DNA from: Patescibacteria group bacterium
GTDB lineage: Bacteria; Patescibacteriota; Patescibacteriia; Patescibacteriales; JAQVLT01
Length of the DNA: 64,000 nucleotides
Direction of reading: 5' to 3'
Assembly (NCBI GenBank): GCA_028704015.1
Contig: JAQVLT010000003.1
Location: forward strand, 36,997 to 100,996
Under the pieces are notes generated by a model that worked only from the letters and a program-made list of their open reading frames with translations, searched no databases and was not told the origin of the DNA. Numbering within the stretch: position 1 is the stretch's first letter; each line of letters begins with the position of its first letter. The position numbers were made by a program, and so were the translations under genes. This document shows positions 18,263 to 26,024 of this stretch, one piece after another.

Positions 18263-18420
18263 TTTTGTCATCTCGAATCCCCCGGTCGCAACCGGGGGTG
18301 AGAGATCTATAATACTTTGTTTTCCTATAAAGCATTATTTATGCGCTTCGCCGTATATTAAAGATCCCTGCCTGCCGGCAGGCAGGTCTCGCACGCCTCG
18401 GGCGGGTCGAGATGACAAAA
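18263..18420. mobile_element. 158-nt MITE-like element (intergenic copy)
   Basis: Perfect 14-bp TIRs TTTTGTCATCTCGA / TCGAGATGACAAAA. Internal hairpins CCCCCGG..CCGGGGG and GATCCCTGCCTGCCGGCAGGCAGG (18363-18386). Confidence 0.65.
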
Positions 18421-18444
18421 AAATATTTTTTCTCAAATTTTAAA

Positions 18445-19836
18445 TCAATCAATTCTTAAATGCCAAAAATCTTTAAATATTTCTCTAACTTCGTTTAAAT
18501 TACCTTGCCCCATTAATTCTTTAGCATCTATTTCCTCTCTGCCTACCCATTCGGGCACCGGCTTATCCTCATAAAGCTCAAACAAATTAGCCAAAAAAGT
18601 AGTGGCGTAAGAACCCTTGCGCAGAAAAAACTGAACTACTGCTCCGCCGGCAAATATTTTGAATTTTAAATTAGCGGGATAAATCCTGCCAGGCGTTGTT
18701 CTCTTGGTTAAATAAACAAATTTCAAGGGCTGCAAATTTTTTAAAAAATTCTCGGTGCCGTCTTCGGCTAAATATTTCTGATAAAATTTATGATCATCAG
18801 GATCATCGCTTAAAAGAAGCGGAAATTCTTCGTTCACACAGCCCTTCTCACGGCTATATTCAGACAAATATTTGTTAAACAAAAGACTGGAATAAGCATA
18901 GAGGCAAATTGTTGCGCTATTCTTTACCTCGTTAAGCGCGCCAATAAAATTATTCGGTTTATTTTTTAAATATTCAACAATTTTCAATTCATTCAAAAAG
19001 CTATAAGGCAATCTTTCAAAAATTTTTGCTATTTCCAAAAAATTCGGATAAATTTTTTCGGCTTCTTTCTTTAATTCCGCAATTAATGGCATTTCGTATT
19101 CATTGGTTTTGAATAGAATATAACGAATAGCCAGTTCATATTTTCCTTGCATTATTAATTTTCCGATTTTATGGCTATCCAAACGCACGCTACCGAATCT
19201 TTGGCTTTGATAATAATTTAATATGCCATATTTTTCTATATTATCAATTTTTGCGGCCAGTAAACTCTCGTCGATTTTATCCTCGGTTCTGACGGTGATA
19301 GTAAACAAATTCCCTTCCAAATCCCCGGGACGGAGAAAGTCTTTTCCGTAATGCAAGTCGGATAACTTTAAATTGAGAATATTTTTTTCGGCAACATCTT
19401 CGATGGCAATCGGCTGATCCCTAAAAGCAATCAGTTGCGCCGTAAGAGCATATTCATCCTTAAGCCCGGCATAACCAATACGGCCATTAAAATTTAATGT
19501 TTGCTTTAATCTTTCAATCGCATCGGTCGTTGTGATCCCGATTTTTACCATATTGGCATAAAGAGTTTTTTCATTTTTTTCCCGTTCGCGATTCGCCTGG
19601 CTAAAAATATTAATCGGAATGACTTCTCCTTTTTCCGTTTTTTCTTCCACAATAAAGTCTTCAAAAAAATATCTCAGATATCCTTTTGGTTTATTCTGGG
19701 GAATATTCCAAATACCGATTTCTTTAAAAACATCCGCCTCTTTTCTTCTATTTTTCGGCTCAAGCAATTCAGGATTGTTTTTTTCCAGATCTTTGATTAT
19801 TTTTCGTTGTTTTTTCCAAGCTTCTTGAGAATCCAT
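18445..19836 (-). CDS. truD: tRNA pseudouridine synthase TruD/Pus7 family
   Basis: FEDFIVEE, GYAGLKDEYALTAQ (catalytic Asp motif), NYYQSQRFG, GSYATTFLANLFE. Confidence 0.75.
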   Translation of the reverse strand: MDSQEAWKKQRKIIKDLEKNNPELLEPKNRRKEADVFKEIGIWNIPQNKPKGYLRYFFEDFIVEEKTEKGEVIPINIFSQANREREKNEKTLYANMVKIGITTTDAIERLKQTLNFNGRIGYAGLKDEYALTAQLIAFRDQPIAIEDVAEKNILNLKLSDLHYGKDFLRPGDLEGNLFTITVRTEDKIDESLLAAKIDNIEKYGILNYYQSQRFGSVRLDSHKIGKLIMQGKYELAIRYILFKTNEYEMPLIAELKKEAEKIYPNFLEIAKIFERLPYSFLNELKIVEYLKNKPNNFIGALNEVKNSATICLYAYSSLLFNKYLSEYSREKGCVNEEFPLLLSDDPDDHKFYQKYLAEDGTENFLKNLQPLKFVYLTKRTTPGRIYPANLKFKIFAGGAVVQFFLRKGSYATTFLANLFELYEDKPVPEWVGREEIDAKELMGQGNLNEVREIFKDFWHLRID

Positions 19837-19840
19837 ATTT

Positions 19841-21049
19841 TTATTTTAACATATTTTTATAAACCGCCACTGTCTCCTCTGCCGCCTTATCCCAGCTATA
19901 TTTTTTTATCTGTTCAAAACCTTTTTGAATTAAATTTTGTCGCAAATTTTCGTCCTTGATTATTAATTTAATTTTTTTTATCATATCATCTTCATTTTCG
20001 GGATCAAAATAAATTGCCGCTTCGCTCAGAACTTCAGGAAGGCAAGATCTATCTGAACTTACTACCGGACAGCCCTGGCTCATAGCTTCTAAGGGCGGCA
20101 AACCAAAACCTTCATAAAGCGAAGGAAAAACATAGGCTGAGGCGTTTTGAAATAAAAATTTCAAATCTTCGTCCGGCACAAAACCGGGAAAATTAACCGG
20201 CGAATCTTCATCGTCTTTAAACAATCTTAATCCGCGAGCATAGTCTTTCACGCGTTTATAAAAATAATCTTCTTTGCCAACTAAAACCAATTTTAAATCA
20301 CTAAACCTTTCACGCAATTTCGGTAAAATTTTAATAAGCATTTCCAAATTCTTATGCGGATAAGCATTGCCAACGTAAAGGATAAACCTCTTTCCTCCCT
20401 CTCCCCCGTCCCCTCTCCTAATTAGGAGAGGGGTGTCTGAGCGAAGTGAAGACGAGGAGAGGTACTGGACTGGGGGTGAGGGAAAAGTTGTCCCTTCATA
20501 AATCATCACGATTTTTTTCGGCTTGACTTTGAATTGTTTTATTATATCTTCTTCTGTATATTTTGAAACAGCAATAATTTTTTTGGCACGCTTAACCGCT
20601 GTCCAGATAACAATTTTATAAAACAAATTTTTCAGTTTATACAGCCAAGGGCTCAAAGTACTCGCGCGTTGGGTGGGATATTTAGTGAGAATCAAATCCG
20701 GAATGGTAACGACAAATTTTACGGGCGTTAATATCGGCACATTAAAATGCGTAAAATGCATCAAACTAACATGTTCGCGCCAAATTAAAAACGGGAGCAT
20801 TATTTGCTCCTTCAAAGTATACCAGCGCGCATTGGCTAATACCTTCTTAACACCCTGGCGCGGCACGACAAAACTATCGTAATTGTCCTTATACAAAAAA
20901 ATTACGTAATCATTTTCCGTATCTTTCCTAATAACCCGATCAACAATTTCCTGCGTGTATCTCCCCAATCCTTTACCGACAGGGCCGTAGAAGCGAGCGT
21001 CAATGCCGATCACGTTATTTTTCTTTTTTAATTGCTCATGTCTACTCAT
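19841..21049 (-). CDS. GT4-family glycosyltransferase
   Basis: EGFGLPPLEAMSQGCPVV (E-x7-E). Interrupted by a palindromic-element peptide. Confidence 0.82.
   Translation of the reverse strand: MSRHEQLKKKNNVIGIDARFYGPVGKGLGRYTQEIVDRVIRKDTENDYVIFLYKDNYDSFVVPRQGVKKVLANARWYTLKEQIMLPFLIWREHVSLMHFTHFNVPILTPVKFVVTIPDLILTKYPTQRASTLSPWLYKLKNLFYKIVIWTAVKRAKKIIAVSKYTEEDIIKQFKVKPKKIVMIYEGTTFPSPPVQYLSSSSLRSDTPLLIRRGDGGEGGKRFILYVGNAYPHKNLEMLIKILPKLRERFSDLKLVLVGKEDYFYKRVKDYARGLRLFKDDEDSPVNFPGFVPDEDLKFLFQNASAYVFPSLYEGFGLPPLEAMSQGCPVVSSDRSCLPEVLSEAAIYFDPENEDDMIKKIKLIIKDENLRQNLIQKGFEQIKKYSWDKAAEETVAVYKNMLK
20386..20485. repeat. about 100-nt variant of the CCCCTCTCCTAATTAGGAGAGGGG element, in frame
   Basis: Core palindrome at 20410-20433. 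Translated ...SLRSDTPLLIRRGDGGEGG... Confidence 0.75.
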
Positions 21050-21235
21050 GCTTTAAATTATTTTAAATGTTAATTGAATGGGGACGAAAATTTTAAATTA
21101 TAAATTTTAAATTTTAATTAAATGATAAATTACTAAATTTTAAATTTTCCTTTGCAGCTAAGGCAACTCGGGAAAACAAAATTTGTCATTTTATTATTTA
21201 AAATTGATTTAAAATTTAAAATTTGATATTTAAAA

Positions 21236-22117
21236 TTATCTTTTTACTTTCTCAATAATCTCGGCCAAACCGTCGTCATCAAAAAACTCAATCACGATTT
21301 CACCCCCATGCCCCTTGCGTTTGATCTCCACTTTGGAGCCAAAAAATTCGCGCAAAGCAAATTCTTTATCCTTGTCGGCGTAATTAATTTTGATACGCGC
21401 ATTTTTTGTGCCGCCCATGCGCCGTGCTTCTTGATTGGTGTCGCGTACTGTTAAATTATTATGTAGAATGCGCCGGAATAAAGCCATTTGCTTATCCAGT
21501 GATTCAAGCCCCAAGATAAACTTAGCATGGCCATCAGTAATTTTTCCTTCAATCAAGGCTAACTGTACTTCTTCTGGCAAGTTTAAAAGACGTAAAGCAT
21601 TAGTTACTACCGGACGCGACTTCCCTACTTTTCTACCTACTTCTTCCTGCGTTAAACTAAATTCGTCAATCAATTTCTGGTAAGCAATCGCGGTTTCAAT
21701 GGGATTTAAATTTTCTCTTTGCAAATTTTCAATTAAAGCTATTTCTAATTTTTCCTGTTCGCCGGCTTCGCGCACGATTACCGGCACTTCTTTTAAACTC
21801 AAAGATTGCGATGCGCGCAAACGCCGTTCGCCGGCGATTAGTTCGTAACCATCAACAGACCTGGTAACAATGAGCGGCTGGATAATGCCATATTGTCGCA
21901 CAGACTCAATCAATTCGTCCAAACTGTAATCGGCAAATCTTTGCCGCGGCTGATGCGGGTTGACTTTTATTTGCGCGGGTGAAATTCGTAATATTTTATC
22001 TTTGTCTTCCGGCGTAATAGTTTCAATTACCTTAATCTCGCCATCTGCCGAAGCATCTTGTTTTTTTACTTTTGGAGGAATCAGCGAACTAAGTCCGCGA
22101 CCTAATGTATTGGACAT
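21236..22117 (-). CDS. parB: ParB/Spo0J partition protein
   Basis: GERRLRAS, LIENLQRENLNPIE, HTH region. Confidence 0.9.
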   Translation of the reverse strand: MSNTLGRGLSSLIPPKVKKQDASADGEIKVIETITPEDKDKILRISPAQIKVNPHQPRQRFADYSLDELIESVRQYGIIQPLIVTRSVDGYELIAGERRLRASQSLSLKEVPVIVREAGEQEKLEIALIENLQRENLNPIETAIAYQKLIDEFSLTQEEVGRKVGKSRPVVTNALRLLNLPEEVQLALIEGKITDGHAKFILGLESLDKQMALFRRILHNNLTVRDTNQEARRMGGTKNARIKINYADKDKEFALREFFGSKVEIKRKGHGGEIVIEFFDDDGLAEIIEKVKR

Positions 22118-22124
22118 AACTTAA

Positions 22125-22161
22125 AATTTTTAATTTTTAATTTTGTAATTTTTAAATAATA
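22125..22161. repeat. left arm of a perfect 37-bp inverted repeat
   Basis: AATTTTTAATTTTTAATTTTGTAATTTTTAAATAATA is the exact reverse complement of 22554-22590. Confidence 0.85.
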
Positions 22162-22186
22162 TTTTAATTTCAAATATTTAATAAAT

Positions 22187-22531
22187 TTATTCCTTGCAAC
22201 TTTTTGAAATTTTGGCAAAAATTAAAGTTAATTCATGAGCTTCTTGCCATAACTTCCGACATTTTTCTATCTGCTCAGTATTGGCAATAGCAATCATTCT
22301 TAACCAGTGTTTTGTTTCATTAGCCTCTTTCTGGCAAATTTTTATTTTATTTCTGAAATCTTTTTTAGAGCAACCCTGATTGGCTTCCATATAATTAGCG
22401 CCAATACTTGTGGCTGATCTGACTAGTTGATTTACTAATGGCTTATTAATATTATTATAATCTATTAGTTTGCAAAATATTATAATTTTTTCACCAAACT
22501 TAGCTGTCCTTTCTTCTAGATCATAAATCAT
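22187..22531 (-). CDS. four-helix-bundle protein (23S rRNA intervening-sequence protein / Avd-like family)
   Basis: 114 aa. SIGANYMEANQGCSKKDFRNKIKICQKEANETKHWL is the family signature. Confidence 0.8.
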   Translation of the reverse strand: MIYDLEERTAKFGEKIIIFCKLIDYNNINKPLVNQLVRSATSIGANYMEANQGCSKKDFRNKIKICQKEANETKHWLRMIAIANTEQIEKCRKLWQEAHELTLIFAKISKSCKE

Positions 22532-22553
22532 ATTAAAAATTAGGATATTTGTT

Positions 22554-22590
22554 TATTATTTAAAAATTACAAAATTAAAAATTAAAAATT
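22554..22590. repeat. right arm of a perfect 37-bp inverted repeat
   Basis: TATTATTTAAAAATTACAAAATTAAAAATTAAAAATT. Confidence 0.85.
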
Positions 22591-23349
22591 CTACAAGGCT
22601 ATTATTTCCTTCGCCAACTTCTCATACGCTCTGCCGCCGCGCGAAGACGGATCATAATGGAGAATAGAACGACCATAGCTTGGAGCTTCAGCTAATTTAA
22701 CACTGCGGGGAATAATAGTGCGGAAAATTCGATTAGGAAAATATTGGTAAAGCTCATTCATAACCGCGCCGGAAAGCCGATTGCGATTATCATACATCGT
22801 AATCACCGCGCCCATTATACCAAGTTCCGGTTTTAAATTTCCTTGCACGAGTCCAATCGTTTCCAAAAGCTGGCTTAATCCTTCCAGCGCGTAATATTCG
22901 CTCTGAATGGGAATCAAAACTTCGTCAGCGGCTACCAAGCTATTTACCGTGAGCAAACCAAGCGATGGCGGCCCGTCAATGATAATAAAATCATAATCAT
23001 CGCGCACGCTATTAATAATTTTTGCCAAGCGATATTCACGTTCTTCCATGCCAACTAATTCAATGCCGGCGCCCGCCAAAGAAAGAGTTGCCGGCGCCAC
23101 ATCAAAACCAACCTGCATGGTTTTTTTAAGCACCTCAAACATTGTTTTTTGTCCGATTAAAGCCTCGTAAATGCCATGTTCCAGACTACGATGATCTACG
23201 CCAAGACCACTTGTAGCATTGGCCTGCGGATCAATATCCACGAGCAAAACCTGCTTTCCTAAATACGCCAAATACGCGCCCAAATTCACCGCGGTAGTTG
23301 TTTTTCCTACTCCGCCTTTTTGATTTACGATAGAAATTATTTTACCCAT
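22591..23349 (-). CDS. parA: ParA/Soj partition ATPase
   Basis: Deviant Walker A NQKGGVGKTTTAVNLGA. Confidence 0.92.
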   Translation of the reverse strand: MGKIISIVNQKGGVGKTTTAVNLGAYLAYLGKQVLLVDIDPQANATSGLGVDHRSLEHGIYEALIGQKTMFEVLKKTMQVGFDVAPATLSLAGAGIELVGMEEREYRLAKIINSVRDDYDFIIIDGPPSLGLLTVNSLVAADEVLIPIQSEYYALEGLSQLLETIGLVQGNLKPELGIMGAVITMYDNRNRLSGAVMNELYQYFPNRIFRTIIPRSVKLAEAPSYGRSILHYDPSSRGGRAYEKLAKEIIAL

Positions 23350-23549
23350 AGAAATCAGTAAAATAGTAAACAGTAATTAGTAAATAATAATTTATCTACC
23401 ATTTACTAATTACTGTCTGTTATTTACTAAATATTATACCCCACTTTTTTTCCTTTGACAATTTAGAAAAAATAATTTATATTATTTATATAAAAACAGT
23501 GTCCATATTCACTGTATTTTTAATTAGAAATCAAACAAAATTAATTTTA

Positions 23550-23633
23550 GCCGAAGTGGCGAAACTGGTAGACGCGCACGACTCAAAATCGTGTGGAAGC
23601 AATTCCATGAGAGTTCGATTCTCTCCTTCGGCA
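23550..23633 (+). tRNA. tRNA-Leu(CAA), type II with a long variable arm
   Basis: Hand-folded. Acceptor GCCGAAG/CTTCGGC, anticodon stem CACGA/TCGTG with loop CTCAAAA, T-arm GAGAG-TTCGATT-CTCTC. No encoded CCA. Confidence 0.9.
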
Positions 23634-23708
23634 CAAATAATTTTTGATTTTCGATTTTTGAATAATGTTTACTTAAAAAATCTAAAATCGTAAATCAAAA
23701 ATTACTAA

Positions 23709-23780
23709 GGACGCTTAGCTCAGCTGGTTACCCGCCCGTACCGAACGCGGTACGTTCGGGCGGGGAGCGCCTCGTTTACA
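23709..23780 (+). pseudogene. tRNA-Val 5' half (nt 1-37) disrupted by a 34-nt GC palindrome in the D-loop
   Basis: GGACGCTTAGCTCAGCTGGTTA [CCCGCCCGTACCGAACGCGGTACGTTCGGGCGGG] GAGCGCCTCGTTTACA. Apart from the insert it is identical to 24027-24064. Confidence 0.75.
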
Positions 23781-23794
23781 ACTAATAATTTAAT

Positions 23795-24049
23795 ATGTAC
23801 ACAGTGTATATTTTAAAAGATGAAAATGGAAATTTGTATAAAGGCATGACAAGTGATATAAAACGAAGATTAAATGAACATCGGCGAGGAAAAACACAAA
23901 CTACTAGAAGAATGAAAAATATCAAATTAGTTTATCAAGAAGAGCTGGCTACATTTGATGCTGCACGCAAAAGAGAATTATATTTGAAAACTGCCGCTGG
24001 AAGAAAATTTATAAAAGAAAAATTAAGGACGCTTAGCTCAGCTGGTTAG
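23795..24049 (+). CDS. small GIY-YIG nuclease family protein (UPF0213/YhbQ-like)
   Basis: 84 aa. YTVYILKDENGNLYKGMTSDIKRRLNEHRRGK... The last 7-8 codons and the stop lie inside tRNA-Val. Confidence 0.85.
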   Translation: MYTVYILKDENGNLYKGMTSDIKRRLNEHRRGKTQTTRRMKNIKLVYQEELATFDAARKRELYLKTAAGRKFIKEKLRTLSSAG

Positions 24050-24103
24050 AGCGCCTCGTTTACACCGAGGAGGTCGAGGGTTCGATCCCTTCAGCGTCCA
24101 CCA
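24027..24103 (+). tRNA. tRNA-Val(TAC), CCA encoded
   Basis: Hand-folded. GGACGCT/AGCGTCC acceptor, D-arm GCTC..GAGC, anticodon stem CCTCG/CGAGG with loop TTTACAC, T-loop TTCGATC, then ACCA. Confidence 0.92.
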
Positions 24104-24107
24104 AAAA

Positions 24108-24134
24108 AGCTAAACCAAGGGGGTTTAGCTTTTT
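24108..24134 (+). terminator. hairpin AGCTAAACC-AAGGG-GGTTTAGCT plus TTTT
   Basis: Read directly, immediately 3' of tRNA-Val. Confidence 0.55.
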
Positions 24135-24185
24135 GTTCTTTTGTAACCTGGTAAAAACCAAAACAAGACAAGGAAGGAGTTCGCC

Positions 24186-25805
24186 ATGAAGAATGAAAAA
24201 AAACCGGAAAAGGTTGCCTTGTTGAGCGTTTTCAACAAGGACGGGATTGTGGAGTTTGCTCGCACCCTCAAGAACATGGGCTGGAAACTTCTTGCTTCCG
24301 GGGGCACGGCGCAGACGCTCAAAAACGCCGGGCTGGAAGTCAAGGATGTCGCGGACCTGGTCGGCGGCGGCGCTATTCTTGGACACCGCGTGGTCACGCT
24401 CTCACGGGAAATCCACGCCGGCCTTTTGGCGCGTGACATCCCTGAGGACAACGCGGAGCTGGACCGGCTGGGGATCCCGCGCATCGATCTTCTTTGCTCG
24501 GATCTCTACCCGCTTGAGCTGGCCATTGCCGCAGGTAAAACCATGCCCGAGGTCATTGAGATGACCGACATCGGCGGACCCACGCTGATCCGTTCGGCGG
24601 CAAAAGGCCGCCGTATTGTCATCTGCAACCCAAGGGACCGCATGGTTGTTCTCGGCTGGATGACCAGCGGCGAGCTGGACAAGGAAAGCTTCTTAAACAT
24701 GCTTGCCGCCAAAGCCGAAATGACCGTCGCCCGCTACGCACTATCTTCGGCGCGTTTCATCAGCGGCGGCGAGTTCGACGGTTTCCTCGGCCAACGCTAT
24801 CTTGAATGCCTATACGGGGAAAACGCCCCGCAGACTCCGGCCGGCGTCTTTAGCGCCCGTACAAGCGACCTGCTGGCGCTGGACAAACTCCGGCTCTTGA
24901 CCGAAACGTCGTCAAGCTACAACAATACGTGCGACCATGACCGGCTGCTCCAGACAATCACGCACATCGCCGCCGGCTTTGACCTCAACTTCGGCGAAGT
25001 GCCATATATCGCCGTGGCGGTCAAACACGGCAATCCCTGCGGCGTTGGCGTTGGAAAGACGCCGGAAGAAGCTCTCAAGAAGATGATTGACGGCGATCTT
25101 CGCGCCATTCTCGGCGGCATCGTCATGACCAACTTCCTGATAGACGAGACGGCCGCGAAAATCCTGGCCGTCTACCAGGTGCCCGTAAGGAAAAGGCGCT
25201 TGCTGGACGGGATTATCTGCCCGGTCATCACAGATAAGGCCGTTGCGATGCTCGAACGGAAAAAAGCCAAATGCCGGATTCTCATGAACCCTGCTCTAGC
25301 GGAACTGAACGAGAAATCACTGGACACGGCTCCCCGCCTTCGCTGCGTCCGCGGCGGATTTATGGTTCAGCCGAACTACACTTTCATTCTGGATCTGAAC
25401 CACCCGGAAATGAAAAAGTTCGGCCAGGCCACGCCTGAACAGAAACGCGCTATGGTGCTTGCCTGGGCTATCGCAGCCACGGCCAACAGCAACACCATCG
25501 CGCTTGTGAAGGACGGCATGCTTGTCGGCCTGGGATCTGGCCAGCAAGACCGTGTCGGCGCTTGCAAGGTGGCCTGTTTCCGAGCTGACGAATCCGGCCA
25601 TGACATCTTTGGGGCGATTGCGGCAAGCGATAGCTTCTTCCCCTTTGATGATGGCCCGCGCGCCCTTGCCGACAGGGGCGTCAAGGTGATCTTTTCTACC
25701 TCTGGCTCGATCAACGACCAAGCGGTCATTGACTTCTGCCAGGAAAACGGCATCGTGCTCTACATGCTTCCGGACAAGGTGGCCAGGGGTTTCTTCGGCC
25801 ACTAA
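24186..25805 (+). CDS. purH: bifunctional AICAR transformylase / IMP cyclohydrolase
   Basis: 539 aa. MGS-like N-terminus ALLSVFNKDGIVEFARTL..LASGGTAQTL and AICARFT domain. SD GGAGT upstream. GC-rich. Confidence 0.9.
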   Translation: MKNEKKPEKVALLSVFNKDGIVEFARTLKNMGWKLLASGGTAQTLKNAGLEVKDVADLVGGGAILGHRVVTLSREIHAGLLARDIPEDNAELDRLGIPRIDLLCSDLYPLELAIAAGKTMPEVIEMTDIGGPTLIRSAAKGRRIVICNPRDRMVVLGWMTSGELDKESFLNMLAAKAEMTVARYALSSARFISGGEFDGFLGQRYLECLYGENAPQTPAGVFSARTSDLLALDKLRLLTETSSSYNNTCDHDRLLQTITHIAAGFDLNFGEVPYIAVAVKHGNPCGVGVGKTPEEALKKMIDGDLRAILGGIVMTNFLIDETAAKILAVYQVPVRKRRLLDGIICPVITDKAVAMLERKKAKCRILMNPALAELNEKSLDTAPRLRCVRGGFMVQPNYTFILDLNHPEMKKFGQATPEQKRAMVLAWAIAATANSNTIALVKDGMLVGLGSGQQDRVGACKVACFRADESGHDIFGAIAASDSFFPFDDGPRALADRGVKVIFSTSGSINDQAVIDFCQENGIVLYMLPDKVARGFFGH

Positions 25806-25829
25806 TCAAAATTCTTTTAATCCTCCAGC

Positions 25830-25876
25830 AGGACTTTCAAAGTTTCTTACGAGAAACTACGAAAGTCCTTTTTTTC
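25830..25876 (+). terminator. hairpin AGGACTTTC...GAAAGTCCT plus T7
   Basis: Read directly after purH. Confidence 0.6.
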
Positions 25877-26024
25877 TTGCTTTTTTCTTAAAATTTATCT
25901 AATATAAAGTTAGAAAGGAGGGCCAATCTTATCGTAAGATTCGGCTCTTTTTGCACCTTGAAAAAATCGATTTTGAAAACCGTAGAGATAAACTGACAAC
26001 CCCTCAACGGAAAGGACTGATGCA

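Noticed and set aside
17478-18335. Several 60-196-aa ORFs in the GC-rich islets, here and in other frames at 24060-28993
   Set aside because: Open antisense and off-frame ORFs are expected in GC-rich DNA. They overlap genes with clear homology (purH/B/E/C, MBL) or the better-supported 17392-18096 frame, which has an SD.
22187-22531. The Avd-like four-helix-bundle gene as a marker of a diversity-generating retroelement
   Set aside because: No reverse transcriptase, template/variable repeat pair or target gene was found in the window. The IVS-like cassette interpretation fits better.
23499-23693. 64-aa ORF overlapping tRNA-Leu
   Set aside because: The ORF reads straight through a well-folding tRNA gene, so it is spurious.
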